Source of the DNA: Balanoglossus misakiensis
Lineage: Eukaryota; Animalia; Hemichordata
Length of the DNA: 64,000 nt
Reading direction: 5' to 3'
Assembly: GCA_040954595.2 (NCBI GenBank)
Contig: CM082594.2
Coordinates: 9,240,196 to 9,304,195 of the forward strand
Shown in pieces: positions 10,897-34,200 of this stretch; within the stretch, counting starts at the first letter, position 1; every line of letters begins with the position of its first letter. Below the pieces are notes generated by a model that was not told where the DNA came from, made no database searches, and saw only the letters and a program-made list of their open reading frames with translations. Made by a program: the position numbers and the translations under genes.

Positions 10897-13536
10897 TTAG
10901 TTGATGAGCATTTCTACAGGGTAGTGATCGCTGACATCAAGTGCCTGCAAGAGATGAAAGCGGGTGTTAGCTGAAGTGCGCCATTAACGGTAAAATCAAA
11001 GGATACTTCTTTTAGGTCGTGAGAAGAGACGAACTATGCGTATGCAAACATAGACTCTCAAAACAGGAAAAAACAGTTCAAATTAACAAGAAGCAACAGT
11101 TTTTAATGAAGTTTATAGGAAAGGTCTGTGTGATCCTGAAAAATCTTACCAGTTCATTACTGAGGCCAAAGTAAGAATCGAAGTAGAAGACTGCTGCATT
11201 ACTGGCTAGCGCACGGAAGTTGCTTCCAGCAACGGTCAGTCTGCAAAAATGATGAAAATAACGTAAATGAGTTCAGTGTTTACATGGATATGGGGTTATT
11301 TAAAGGCCGGTGTTGTTTTACCATACATTTTCAGGCGAAGGATTAAAATTACTAAGGAGAAATTGCAAATCGGTTTAAGTGCAAGGTTTAATTTGTTTCA
11401 TCCGAAAGAGGATTATACTGTAATTTAATTTGAAACAAAGATCAACAATTACCTGTCATATGCACAGTCGGTGGTTGAGACGGTGGTGTCAGCTGAGTCT
11501 GGAATCAGCCACAGATATTTGGAGTCAGTTCTGTAACGGATGTTGGCCCAGTCGCCAGGTCCGACGTAGCTGCAATCGGCGTTGTAATCCCCAGCAATGA
11601 GAATGTCCTGTCAATATACAGAGGTGCCAATTGCAACGTTAGGACCGGGACAAAAATAGCAGGGGGGGGGGGGGAGCCTGGGCCTTTTGACCAAAATGAC
11701 CAAAAGGTTCTAGATCCATTCATACATCCAAGCTCACACACATATATCTATACAGGAGTCTGTACAAAGTCAGCAACCCTTCCACTTACAAGTACGCCCC
11801 AGCGATTTTCGATAGCAGTATTAACAACCACGAAATGGTCGATTTCGGCGACAGCATCGTCAGGTTTAACGTGGGTGGCGCTTATTACAAAGTCCTTCAG
11901 ACCTGAAATGAAAACATTTGCATTCGTAAGTTATAGTCTAATATGGTCTAGCACTAACTGAAGTAAACATTGAATTATGTTTGAGGTGTAAAAGTGAATT
12001 CTAGACGTACATATATTGAAATTTACCACAGGCCCTTTAGGAATGTCCCAGGTCGCATATCATGCATGCTAGCTTTGTAATCAAATGCTTGGTAACTGTA
12101 CTTCACATAACATGTTTTGGCGTAGTTGATTGTCAACTTACTTGTACTAGGTGATGAAAACCTGACATTGTGGTTTTCACGTTCAAGTACATCGCCTGGA
12201 TCAGCGTAGGTGAACTTGTCAATCACGCTAACAACGGAATGTCTATGAAGAGAATAATTTTAAAGCATAGAGTTATTTTACAGTAAAGGCATTTTACTTG
12301 CCAAGAGTCGTAAACATTACCGATCAGTCTATTCGAGACTAAGGGGTGATGATTTATGTTTAATCAGCGAGAGAATAATAGTGAGGTAAGAGAACTTCGA
12401 CGGGTGGAGATTTTTATGTGGGCCGTCTTTACGACTACAGTGTTCATGTATCAGCAGGGATAAAATTCATGTGACCCCCTTTTAGACAAAAAGGCCAGCT
12501 GGCATTTCCATTTTCACTCATAAAACAGAAACTCTTGACATGTAGTCTGGACAACCGGATCGCTATAAATGATTACTTGCCTGTAGTAAAAAGCATACTG
12601 TTCCTTTGATGACGTTCGACCTAAACGTGGACTAAGCTCCATACTATAAGCGTTTCCGGATTTCCTGTGAAAATTAACAATATATCGATATCATAAAGTC
12701 ATTTTTCTTGCAGAATTCAACGCGCTCTCGGCACTGACGACGCACTAGAAACTTAAAGTTTTCGTCGTCGATACAATCATAATCCCCACTATTTCCTAGA
12801 TATTTCCAATTTGATAAATCCCACTTTTCAGAATCCATCCTTTTTGTACTGAATCGATCATGATTATGTACTTACGCATTGATTTCGTTCAGAAGATCAT
12901 AAGGAGTGCTTTCACTGATGTCTCTGATTTCTTGGATCACGATAATATCATAAAGCACACAAGTCTGAAAAAGTTCAATTTGTTGATGTTATTTTCAGCT
13001 TTGTTATTCTTCCTGTTGTTTACATCATGATTTCAGAATGCCATGCATTTTAGTATCTCACTTTTTGTTCAAGAAAAACTTTTTAAAACATTTCTGTGGA
13101 CAATGTTTCACAATACTTGGTACGTTTAAACCCCCTTTGCCATTAAAGCCTTCTGAAAATATCGTCCATTATGATAGAATCAAAGTATCGATGATTGTCA
13201 GACCTGGAACCTGTGACCGCGCCCAGCAACAGGTTGCTAAGGGTTAGCTGATATCGCACACTTCAATATAAATACATGTATCCCCGTTTACACCATACTG
13301 TTCAGAACACGTGAGGTGCTGTTCGCGAATCGATATATTATAGTAAAATTGACCACTAGAAGAATTTGTAATAAGATATATAGAAAGAAACCCACGTCAA
13401 CGAGGACTTGCACCACTTCCGGTTTTCCCATCTTCGTTTGCCCTAAAACTTGCACGTTCCATGCTGCAATTTTGATGGCGGCGTCAGCTGCATATACCGT
13501 TAGCGACAGAAAGGCGATCAGGGCAAAGATTCTCAT
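10897..13536 (-). CDS. DNASE1: Deoxyribonuclease I family protein, paralog B (secreted, 8 coding exons, one GC-AG intron)
   Basis: MRIFALIAFLSLTVYAADAAIKIAAWNVQVLG, IQEIRD, LGRTSSKEQYAFYY, LERENHNVRF, ATHVKP, GDYNADCSYV, DTTVSTTDCAYDR, SDHYPVEMLIN*. Intron positions match paralog A. Confidence 0.93.
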
Positions 13537-14758
13537 GGTGACGATGGGATAAGTTGCTTCGACGCGATTCAGGGTTCAGCTAAGAGAAGTTAAAGTTGAG
13601 TCGGTGTTCCTGTGTCTTATATCCAAAGGAGGAAGCATCATATGTACCAACTCACACGGGCAATTAATGTTTATCAGTCGGCAAAGTCATATATGTGTCA
13701 GATAGAAAATGTAGTTGACGTAGTCGAAGTTTCGCCAATTGAATTTGGGGATATGGGCTGGTATAATGTATACTTAATTAATCGTATGATTTTGACCGCA
13801 AAGAAAAAAGCATTTCATTCCATTATCAAGTTCATCTTCAGTGACACTCCTACTTTGTAAATTGCAAGGTCCGATGATCGTTTTAAAATTAAAACGATGA
13901 TAAATGCGCCCAACAGACCCCTTCCTTGCAACATCGACATGATTTTAACTTAATTTAAAAAATCGATAAAATGCATGGTTATCACATTCCATAGCTTTAC
14001 ATGTAGAATTTTGAGAAAACAGTGTTACAATATTGTCATTTTGAAATTTTCACAAAACTTGCCAAAAGAGGAGTATGACAAGTTAAATGATATAAAGAAA
14101 ACACTATGTCACTGTGCTTGAGTTTTTGATAGAGCTGTTCAGATATTTTCACCATAGGAAAACTATAGCATTCGGAGTGCGAGAAAAGGGCTGACTCAGC
14201 ATTTTCCATAATATTGGAGACCCCTTAGCTGAAAAATTAGTATGGGGACACCCTAGTTTCTCTTTATTTTAGTATTTAAATCTCATTGATATACAATATA
14301 TACTAAAACAGGAAAGGGGCAATATTCTAACTGTTGAGCAAAGCGGGAGTGCTGTTTGAATTCAGAATTGGCCTTTCTCTTGCGTTTCTATCGGCCAGAT
14401 TAAAAATTTATAGTTTTATGAGTTGTCGGTATCACTCGGCAATATCCCCAAAAGTCGGACATCTATCATGGCGGCGAGATACAAAGCTGGCGACAGATTC
14501 ACATTCACACACAAAAACGAATAGAGTGACTTGTGTCAAGATCGGTTTTTATTCGATTCATATTCCGTTTACAATGCGATGCAATTAAATGCAATGCAAT
14601 GGAATGTACATGTGAGAAAATGTAAATGAAATTGAAGATATTTCAAGATATTTCCTTCCTGCTTTAATTACATCTCAATTCATCGTAACGTCAGTGCTAA
14701 CTGCAATTTGAAGCCTATCTTAAAGCCTGCCAATTATTGACTTGATAACGGGGACTGG

Positions 14759-14826
14759 TTAGTTGATAACCATTTCCACTGGATAGTGATCGCTGACATC
14801 AAGAGCCTGCAACAACAACAAAAAAA

Positions 14827-14915
<89 letters not shown>

Positions 14916-16865
14916 CATCATCATCATCACACCATCGTCATCATCGCCATCACCACCTGGTTGTTCTGTCGCGAACACACCCCAATGATATTGTAAGAGT
15001 AATACTAACCAGTTGATTACTGATGCCCCAGTATGCGTCGAAATAGAAGACTTTAGCAGAGCCAGGTTGATACTCAGCATTGAACTTGGTTCCGTGGATT
15101 GTCAGTCTGAAAACATAAACAATTCAACGTTACCATATCTCCTCAGTTGACGGGGTATTTTCCAATAGACCCTTTTCCGAACCCCACGAGACTCTGAGAG
15201 ATCTCTGTACTTTAAATTGATTATTCACCTGTCATATGCACAGTCGGTGGTCGATACCGTGGTGTCCGCGCTGTCTGGAATCAACCAATTGAAGCGAGGA
15301 TCGGTTCTGTAGCTGATACTGTCCCAATCACCAGGCCCGACATAACTGCAGTCGGCGTTATAATCTCCACCAATCAGAATGTCCTAAATGAAATTAACAA
15401 GGATAGGCCTACAATCAATATGGCTGCCAACAAGGGCGGGGCAGGAACCAAATGAAATATTAAAAGTACTTTGTCAATTAGATGTGTCAACTTTTCGCCT
15501 ACCTCTACACCCCAGTGACTCAAGATATCATCATTAACGACGGTCATGTGGTCAATTTCAGCAACGGCATCGTCCGGCTTGACGTGCGTGGCGCTGAAGA
15601 CGAAATCTTTCAGATCTGAACGTAATATAGAAACAGTAGCCCAGTTTATGTGTCAAAAGCACAGTACACCAAGAGCATGTGGATGCGAACATGAACAATT
15701 TTATCACAGAATATACAATGTCTTTTTTGAATTACACAAAATGTTGTCTTGTTTTGAAATGAATACAGAATGTGTTTACTTACTTGTAGTTGGTGAAGAA
15801 AATCTAACGTTGTGGTTCTCGCGTTCAAGGGTGTCTTTGGTATCGGCATAAGTGTAGCTGTCGAGTACGCTGACCACATCGTGTCTATAGGTGGACAAGC
15901 AAACCGCATGTAGTGTGTTACTGGTCGAAACTTACAGTAAATATTTGTGCCAGAAAATAATAATAATGCACCCACCTGTAGTAATATGCGTATTGCTCCT
16001 TGGACGAAGTACGACCCACACGTGGGCCAAGTTCAAGACTGTAGGCATTTCCGGACCTCCTGTGGAACATAATTTTTTAAACATCAACTAGTTGAATCTG
16101 AGACTTCAGCCAGAAATCATATCACTAACCACTCACCAATATATACACTTCTTTTTAATGCGTCTTTGCTGTTTGGTTTTTACATTTGATCAGATTTACT
16201 ACAACATATTCACAAATGTCTATACCGTCCAATATAATCGGTAAAATTACTGTTTTAGATGGAGATGGAGAGACCGTAGATGGAACAACCATTTTGTATA
16301 CATTCCTGGGTCACCGTTATGTTTGTGTCTTTGGCACACTAATGTCATATATGTACACTTACGCATTGATTTCGTCCAACAGTTCCCAAACGGCGATTTC
16401 GTCGATATCTCTAACCTCTTGCACAACACAAATGTCATAGAGAACGATAGTCTGTAACAAAAACATTTCAAAAAGCCATTTTACCCGTTAATAAGTAATT
16501 TCCCCTTTTAGAATACACGTTTTTATGTGCAAAAACTATATATCGTTCTCATATTCACTGTCCAATCTTAAACAGGCAATTTTAGGCCATACCTCGCGTT
16601 CCAAAGAACACTTTTATCCTAGGTATTTAACTGTCAGAAACAGTCAGCGTGTTCATCGAAATGGAACTGAATCTATTAGACGTTTGAATTTCTCGCTAAT
16701 GGCCCAAACAGAAGGCATACTTACGTCGGCGATGACTACAACAACCTCAGGCTCGTCCATTTTGGATTTCCCGAAAACCTGAATGTTCCATGCTGATATT
16801 AAGATGGAAGATTCGACAACATATGCCGAAATGGCAAACAGTAAGATCGCAGCGAGGACTCTCAT
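14759..16865 (-). CDS. DNASE1: Deoxyribonuclease I family protein, paralog C (secreted, 8 coding exons)
   Basis: MRVLAAILLFAISAYVVESSILISAWNIQVFG, VQEVRD, VGRTSSKEQYAYYY, LERENHNVRF, ATHVKP, GDYNADCSYV, DTTVSTTDCAYDR, SDHYPVEMVIN*. All exons splice in frame. Confidence 0.93.
14827..14955. repeat. (CAT)n trinucleotide microsatellite (~29 perfect units plus a degenerate tail)
   Basis: Directly visible; lies in the last intron of DNase C, next to the acceptor. Confidence 0.97.
15164..15207. repeat. Dispersed repeat fragment, copy 2
   Basis: Matches 9348-9403. Confidence 0.55.
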
Positions 16866-19018
16866 GGTAGTATGCAGCTACTGTACCGATATCAAGATAC
16901 TGACAAGTTTTGGCGACAAAACCTCAAAAATACCAATAATGCAGGGCCTTTATTTTAATAATTTATCAAATGCAAATAAAATAAAATGAAATATGGCTGT
17001 TCACACGAGCACGCCAATTTTGCTATTTGCAATAATCAACACGTGTCTATCACGGGTAGATTTTACAGTAAAAAGCTCCATCCACGTGGATAGTAGAAAA
17101 GTGGGTCAATTGAGTCAAGTTCGAATATGAACATCTTTATTCTAATCATCTTTTGATAATTGACTTCTCAAACTGCAACGTTGCTTGCGGCCGTTACTCA
17201 ATAAGTTTGTTTTATACTTTAGTATAATCATTTTCTTACTTTGATAACTGTCTCTGTTGTTATAGTAATGTGCTGGACGGGGTTTTCCAGGCCATGGTAA
17301 AATTAGTCAATTTTATTAAAATTAAATAAAAATGTGATAGGTCCTACACTTTAAACTGCTAATAGTTGTTTTGGTGTCAGTCGGGTAGATTTCGAGATAT
17401 CAAATAAAAATAGGGCAGACTATCTTGTTTGTGTTCATAATTAACTGGGTTCCTCCCTGGGAATTAATATTGTCTCGTTTCCAGCACAGCAATAGATGAT
17501 TTTAGTCTCATACGAGATGCAGCATTTCGATTCAGCAACCTTGCATTGACAGCACCGAACAACAACGTTGAAAACCATGTTAAATGTCAACTGTCAACAG
17601 AGCTTCAAAATGTTTGTATTTTTTTTATCTGGATTTTAGTTTTGTTTGGGTTTCAGAAACATGCAGATGGTCAGTGACCTACATATAGTCATCGTACGAG
17701 ATGTTGCGCATAATATTTAGTAGGTTAGATGATAACATATTTGGCCGACGAGAGATGAGAACATCCTTCGCTGGCAACAGGTGGTGCATCTGCGTCTGAT
17801 AAGGCAACTATTACCATGTCTGTTTGTGTCCAAAACTGAGTTGTAAAAAGAAATATATCGTTGATAAACACAATAATTGCGTCAGATATAGTTTTGTATT
17901 ATATGCATGTGCCTGCGAATTTGTTCAATTTCTTGGGATTTTTTGCATTTACTTGTGTCTAGTGCATCGCGGTGGACATAACTGGAACTAAAAACTAAAC
18001 AAAACAACCAAATAAAATTGTCCAAAGACCCCAAAGGAGTAATTATTATTGACGAATAAGACTACATCTGACCATTTCGAAAATACTAAAAACATATCTT
18101 CTGTTGTGAACACATTAAAAATATCGCTGACAGGCAAATGGCACAAGTTTTGTGGAGGTGACTGTTCAAGCCCAACTGTACTGCCATATACAGCCGCAAG
18201 TGGCATGATTGTTATATGGTGTGTGTGGTATTGTTTTAGAAGGTAGGGCATTGGACCCAGATGTGATATTCACATGTAAACTGATAAAGGATAATCCATC
18301 TTACTATACTTTATGTGTTTTGATAGTTTGACATATTAAATACTCTAGTAGATAACGTTTAGATTGTAAACATTAATTTTGGGTCTGTAATTTATGGGTC
18401 ATATAGTTGTGTTAACGTGTGTTTTGTCATTTTCTGGAGGAGGGCTGTACTCATTCTGTAGGATATGAACACTTAATATTCGTTTCAATTTTTGTGATGT
18501 CCTTTAGGCTCCATGAATTAGAAATGCTGTGGAAGTAGAAACGAAAGATTCTGACACATGGATAAGTCATCGAAGCATGATGTCCTATCACCATCTAAAA
18601 TCTGACAATGTCGTAATTGCATGGGTACATGGGTACAAAACTGGGTCATAGAAGACCCTAGTAAAATGTTAACATTTCGTTAACATTTCCACTTTTAGTG
18701 TTGACATAACTGTTCAAGTGTTCAGATATGGCTGTGTATAGATACGTTAAAAATTGGACGTTTCACCATGCCTCATGAAGTCAAACAAGCACCTACAATC
18801 GTCAAAACTGAAGTGGATATCACAAAGTAAAACATATAAAACTAAAGCTTTTGACTATAAAAATATTTTTAATAGGTAATAATCGCAAGCTGTACACATC
18901 TTGTGGAAATGACAATCTCATCAAGACTGTAAACTCAAATAAGGTAAAAATATATTTGTAGAGTAAGTATGTCTATTTATGTCTAACATTGTAAGCGTCA
19001 ATACTGTAACATGCCAAG

Positions 19019-30334
<11,316 letters not shown>

Positions 30335-31232
30335 GGTTGGTTGACCCAGTGCCACTCTTTCACTTCGCGCAATGGTCTCCCTTCACCATGCCGCGTGGAC
30401 GTCGTGCGATCATCGTTATCACCATTAGCGGCATGAGCCGAGGTCTAAGTCGAGGTCTAAGCACTCCAAGATCTATACGCAGACAATTCACGTATGCTGA
30501 CTTCGAAATTAGCCGGTACATATACATATACACTCGCCAACATACATGCCCAGGCTATATTATGACAAAGAACAAACTTTCACCCGGTCAAAGATCAAGG
30601 CCCTGGGGACACGTACATACATACAATACACAGTACACTATCTGACATACACGTGATGGTTACAGCTGGTGTAATACGTAATATTAAAGGGGTAGATTTA
30701 TATGGACAATGCCCTTTTAATTTAATACATATATGCGTGACGTAAATCTATGGCAGACCAACTATTGCAAAATTGGGCATGCAAGCTTACATCATTGGCA
30801 CTCAGGAAAAATTGGTCTCCATGCCCGTTTAAAAATCACAGTGAAAGAGGTCTTTGTTCATCATCACGGTCCGGGAAACAAGAAAAATAGCACTGTCCCC
30901 AAAAAATCTTGAACCGTGAAAGAATTAGAATACCTGTCCAGACTATCGGATACTCCAAACAAACAACGAACAAAAAAGTAGTTTCAAATTGACTCCTGTT
31001 TCATAACTGGTTCAAACCAGGGGTTCGGAATGCAGATCATTGATAATGCCTACATTTCTCTATGGTCAGATATTCTTAAATGCAGCGTTACACATGAAGG
31101 CGCTTCAGAAACATCACGGATATGTTGAAGAGTTCTCTTTTTGCGATTGCGATGCGTGTGGTGGGGTGTGGTCATTCGCTGTGAGTACGCCCTCACGCAT
31201 CAGAACGAGGCTAGTTTTAAGTAACAGCATCC
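30335..31232. promoter_or_regulatory. Divergent (bidirectional) promoter interval between the ABCC9-like gene and ACADL
   Basis: The two start codons are ~900 bp apart on opposite strands. CpG-richer ends, a CRE-like tgacgtaa near 30738, and a YY1-like atggcggc at the ACADL start. Confidence 0.55.
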
Positions 31233-34200
31233 ATGATGGCGGCGACGGTACTGGCAACTTGTAGCAGACTGGCACGATGTCGTGGACACAACTTGCGACC
31301 ACTGGTTAAAGCTTTTCAAACACCAAATCATGTACGATCTATATCACCAATTATATCTGTAAGGTAAAGAATTCTACTTTCATTGGTGTCGGATATTTAT
31401 TTCTCAAAAATAATCGTTCGGCCGTTGCGTTGGTGACGTTTACAGTGAAGAAAAGTAGGGGGGGGGGGGGTCTAACGTGACCCGATTTAGGGTCTCGAGG
31501 GAGGGGGTTCTATCGTGGAAGAGGTGGCCCTATAAATTATTGCAGCGTGCTTTAACTCCCAGAACCTTGATCTGTTGTAACCTTCCAAGTGTGTGTGTCC
31601 GTGGAGGTAGAAGGTCTTTGACTATACCCAGACAAACCAGTGAAACACTTTTTCATTCTTTTTTAACCATCTTGGCATAACTCATATACAAAATTTGACG
31701 TACTTCTGTGAAATTATTCTAGCCTTGAGGCTTCTGGAGAACATTTCAAATTAATGTACTGGTATCCTTTTTAATACTATGGTGTGGTAAGTTAAGTTAC
31801 CCCTTCTCCATCATTGTGCAGTCCAAATCCAAGTCATGTACATCATGTGACCTGAAACAGCCATTGACCTATGATATTGTTGTACTTTGTACCTTTTGAC
31901 CTTGTTTGGGGAGTAAGTGTGCTATCTCTAGATAACTAGCAAGTAGCAGTCAGTATGATGAGATATGCCCCACCTTACGTCTTGTGGGAAATTGTAAAAA
32001 TGTTATGTTTGGTCAAATCTGGGCTTAATTATCTGAGTCTTTGAATGACCATGTGGTGGCGCTGTAATTGGTTAAATTTGCATAGGGGACTTATGATTAA
32101 GTTCATAAAGTTTTGTGTTATTTTAAACTGAACATCAAATAATTATGGGGTGCACCTCAGGATTTTATTTGCCCAGTCAATGTACTCTCATACATTTCTT
32201 TAACAAGTGTTGTACTAAGCAGTGTTTCTGAATATTTTTCCAAGTTATACAGAACATTTTTCACAGTTTACTTCTTGTCTTTTACAGACACCAAAGCACC
32301 CATGAAGATGAAGAAATTCCATTTCGGCCAGAAACCAGTCAGGTTGGCAACCTGACAGACATTGGTACTCGTAGAATTATGAGTGAAGAACATGACATGT
32401 TTAGAGCCAGTGTCAGAAGATTCTTCCGAGAGGAAGTGGTTCCATACAGTGAACAGTAAGCATCTGTTTCAATTTCTTCTGCCTTTGACCACTGTGGTTT
32501 GGTCCAAATCCATTGTTTTCTATGGTGAAGTTGGATCTCTGCATTCGGCAGTGGGGGTGGAAGGGCTCCAGGATATGTGACTGTAACTTTTGAGAAATAC
32601 TTTAGTGCAGTGTTTCAATTGTTTCTTTTTCATCTCTTTAAACGACATTAAAGGTATACGGTCACCCATTGAAAATTAGCTATAGTTACCATGGGAAAAT
32701 GAGATCTAGCCAATCACTGATTTTCAGTGGGTGGCACACGCAAAAAAAAGAGCGCCACCATATGTTCTTTAGAACGCCCAAATACGTCATTTCAGCCATA
32801 TATGGGCGTATGTAAATTGGAGGTGACTGTATACCTTTAAACACTTAGAATTATTACTGTACTTTGCTTTATTCATTGGGTATTTTTTTTGGCAAAATAG
32901 GAACAAATTCTCCTGTATTTTCGTTTCAGATGGGAGCAAGATGGACAGGTGAGCAGAGAGGTGTGGTTGAAAGCTGGTGAACAAGGTTTACTCGCTGTCA
33001 ACATAGCTGCAGAGTATGGCGGAATCGGAGGAGACTTCAAATCTGCTGCCATAGTCATGGAAGAACAGTAAGTGGAAAGTTCTATCATACAGCTGTAGTT
33101 GACACCGTTGTAAGGGATACGGCGTTCCTTGAAGGCATGCGTATACAGGGGTGTACTATTTCATTGTAGCTATAAAAAAGAGACAAATTATATGTAGAAT
33201 ACCATTTAGACAGGAAGGTGGGGTGGGGGGGGGGGGTGTTGGAGTTATAGTATTTGACTGGCACACCAGAAACTCTTTTGCTTACTATTGGTTGATTTGG
33301 TGTGATATTCATTTATGAAGTAATAACTGAGTAATCATCTAAAGTTACAAGGGCTCTAAATCATCTGTGTTCTCTGATCTCTAGAGCATATGTGAATTCC
33401 AGTGGGCCAGGTTTTGGTATGAGCTGCGATATCGTCATGCCTTACATCTGCCACAATGGAACCAAGGAACAAATTGAGAAATACATACCGGATATGACAG
33501 CCGGGAGGAAGATCGGAGCTCTTGCAATGACAGAACCTGGTGCAGGCAGGTAAGACAAGAAAGAGGAGAAAAAAAATTGTTTTCATTAAAGATATCTTAT
33601 CCAGCTGTGAAAATATAAAAATACATGTGGACATAAGAGTTGGATAATGATAAAGGTACTTTGAATTCTCAGGAGTAAGATGTTTATTATACATATCTTC
33701 TTTGTTTGCTTTTATTAGATATTTATTGAATTTTAAATGAAAATGATTCTGACAATATAATAATATCATGGCATATACTTGAAGAGGACTATATTTTCAC
33801 AAGTTTTAGCTTCCATGTACAAACCTGACAAAAGAAACCTCTGTAGTAATGTGAAATGATGAATAATGCATAACTGGTGATAATTGCATAGGGATGAATA
33901 CATTGGGTGTTTGCTCATGGAAAAAAAATCTTCAGTGGCGGCCATGTTGCTTGGAAACTAAGTTCAGCCTTTTGTGGAGATGCATATTGCAGATCTGGGA
34001 TTCCATGGAGAGGGTTAAGAATTCATCAGATTATAAGGGTTCTAGTACTGAAAGTAGACTTTCTCTGATAGCCTAGCTGTTTTGAGACATGTGAAATTCT
34101 GCCTGTGTTCAGAAAAACATACTTAAAAATAAATATTAAACTTTTGTTGACAAGGTATTCATATCATACCATGGTTGAAACTATTCACACATTGCTTTTG

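Noticed and set aside
14734-15016. Poly-Met and poly-Ile/His ORFs
   Set aside because: Translations of the intronic (CAT)n microsatellite.
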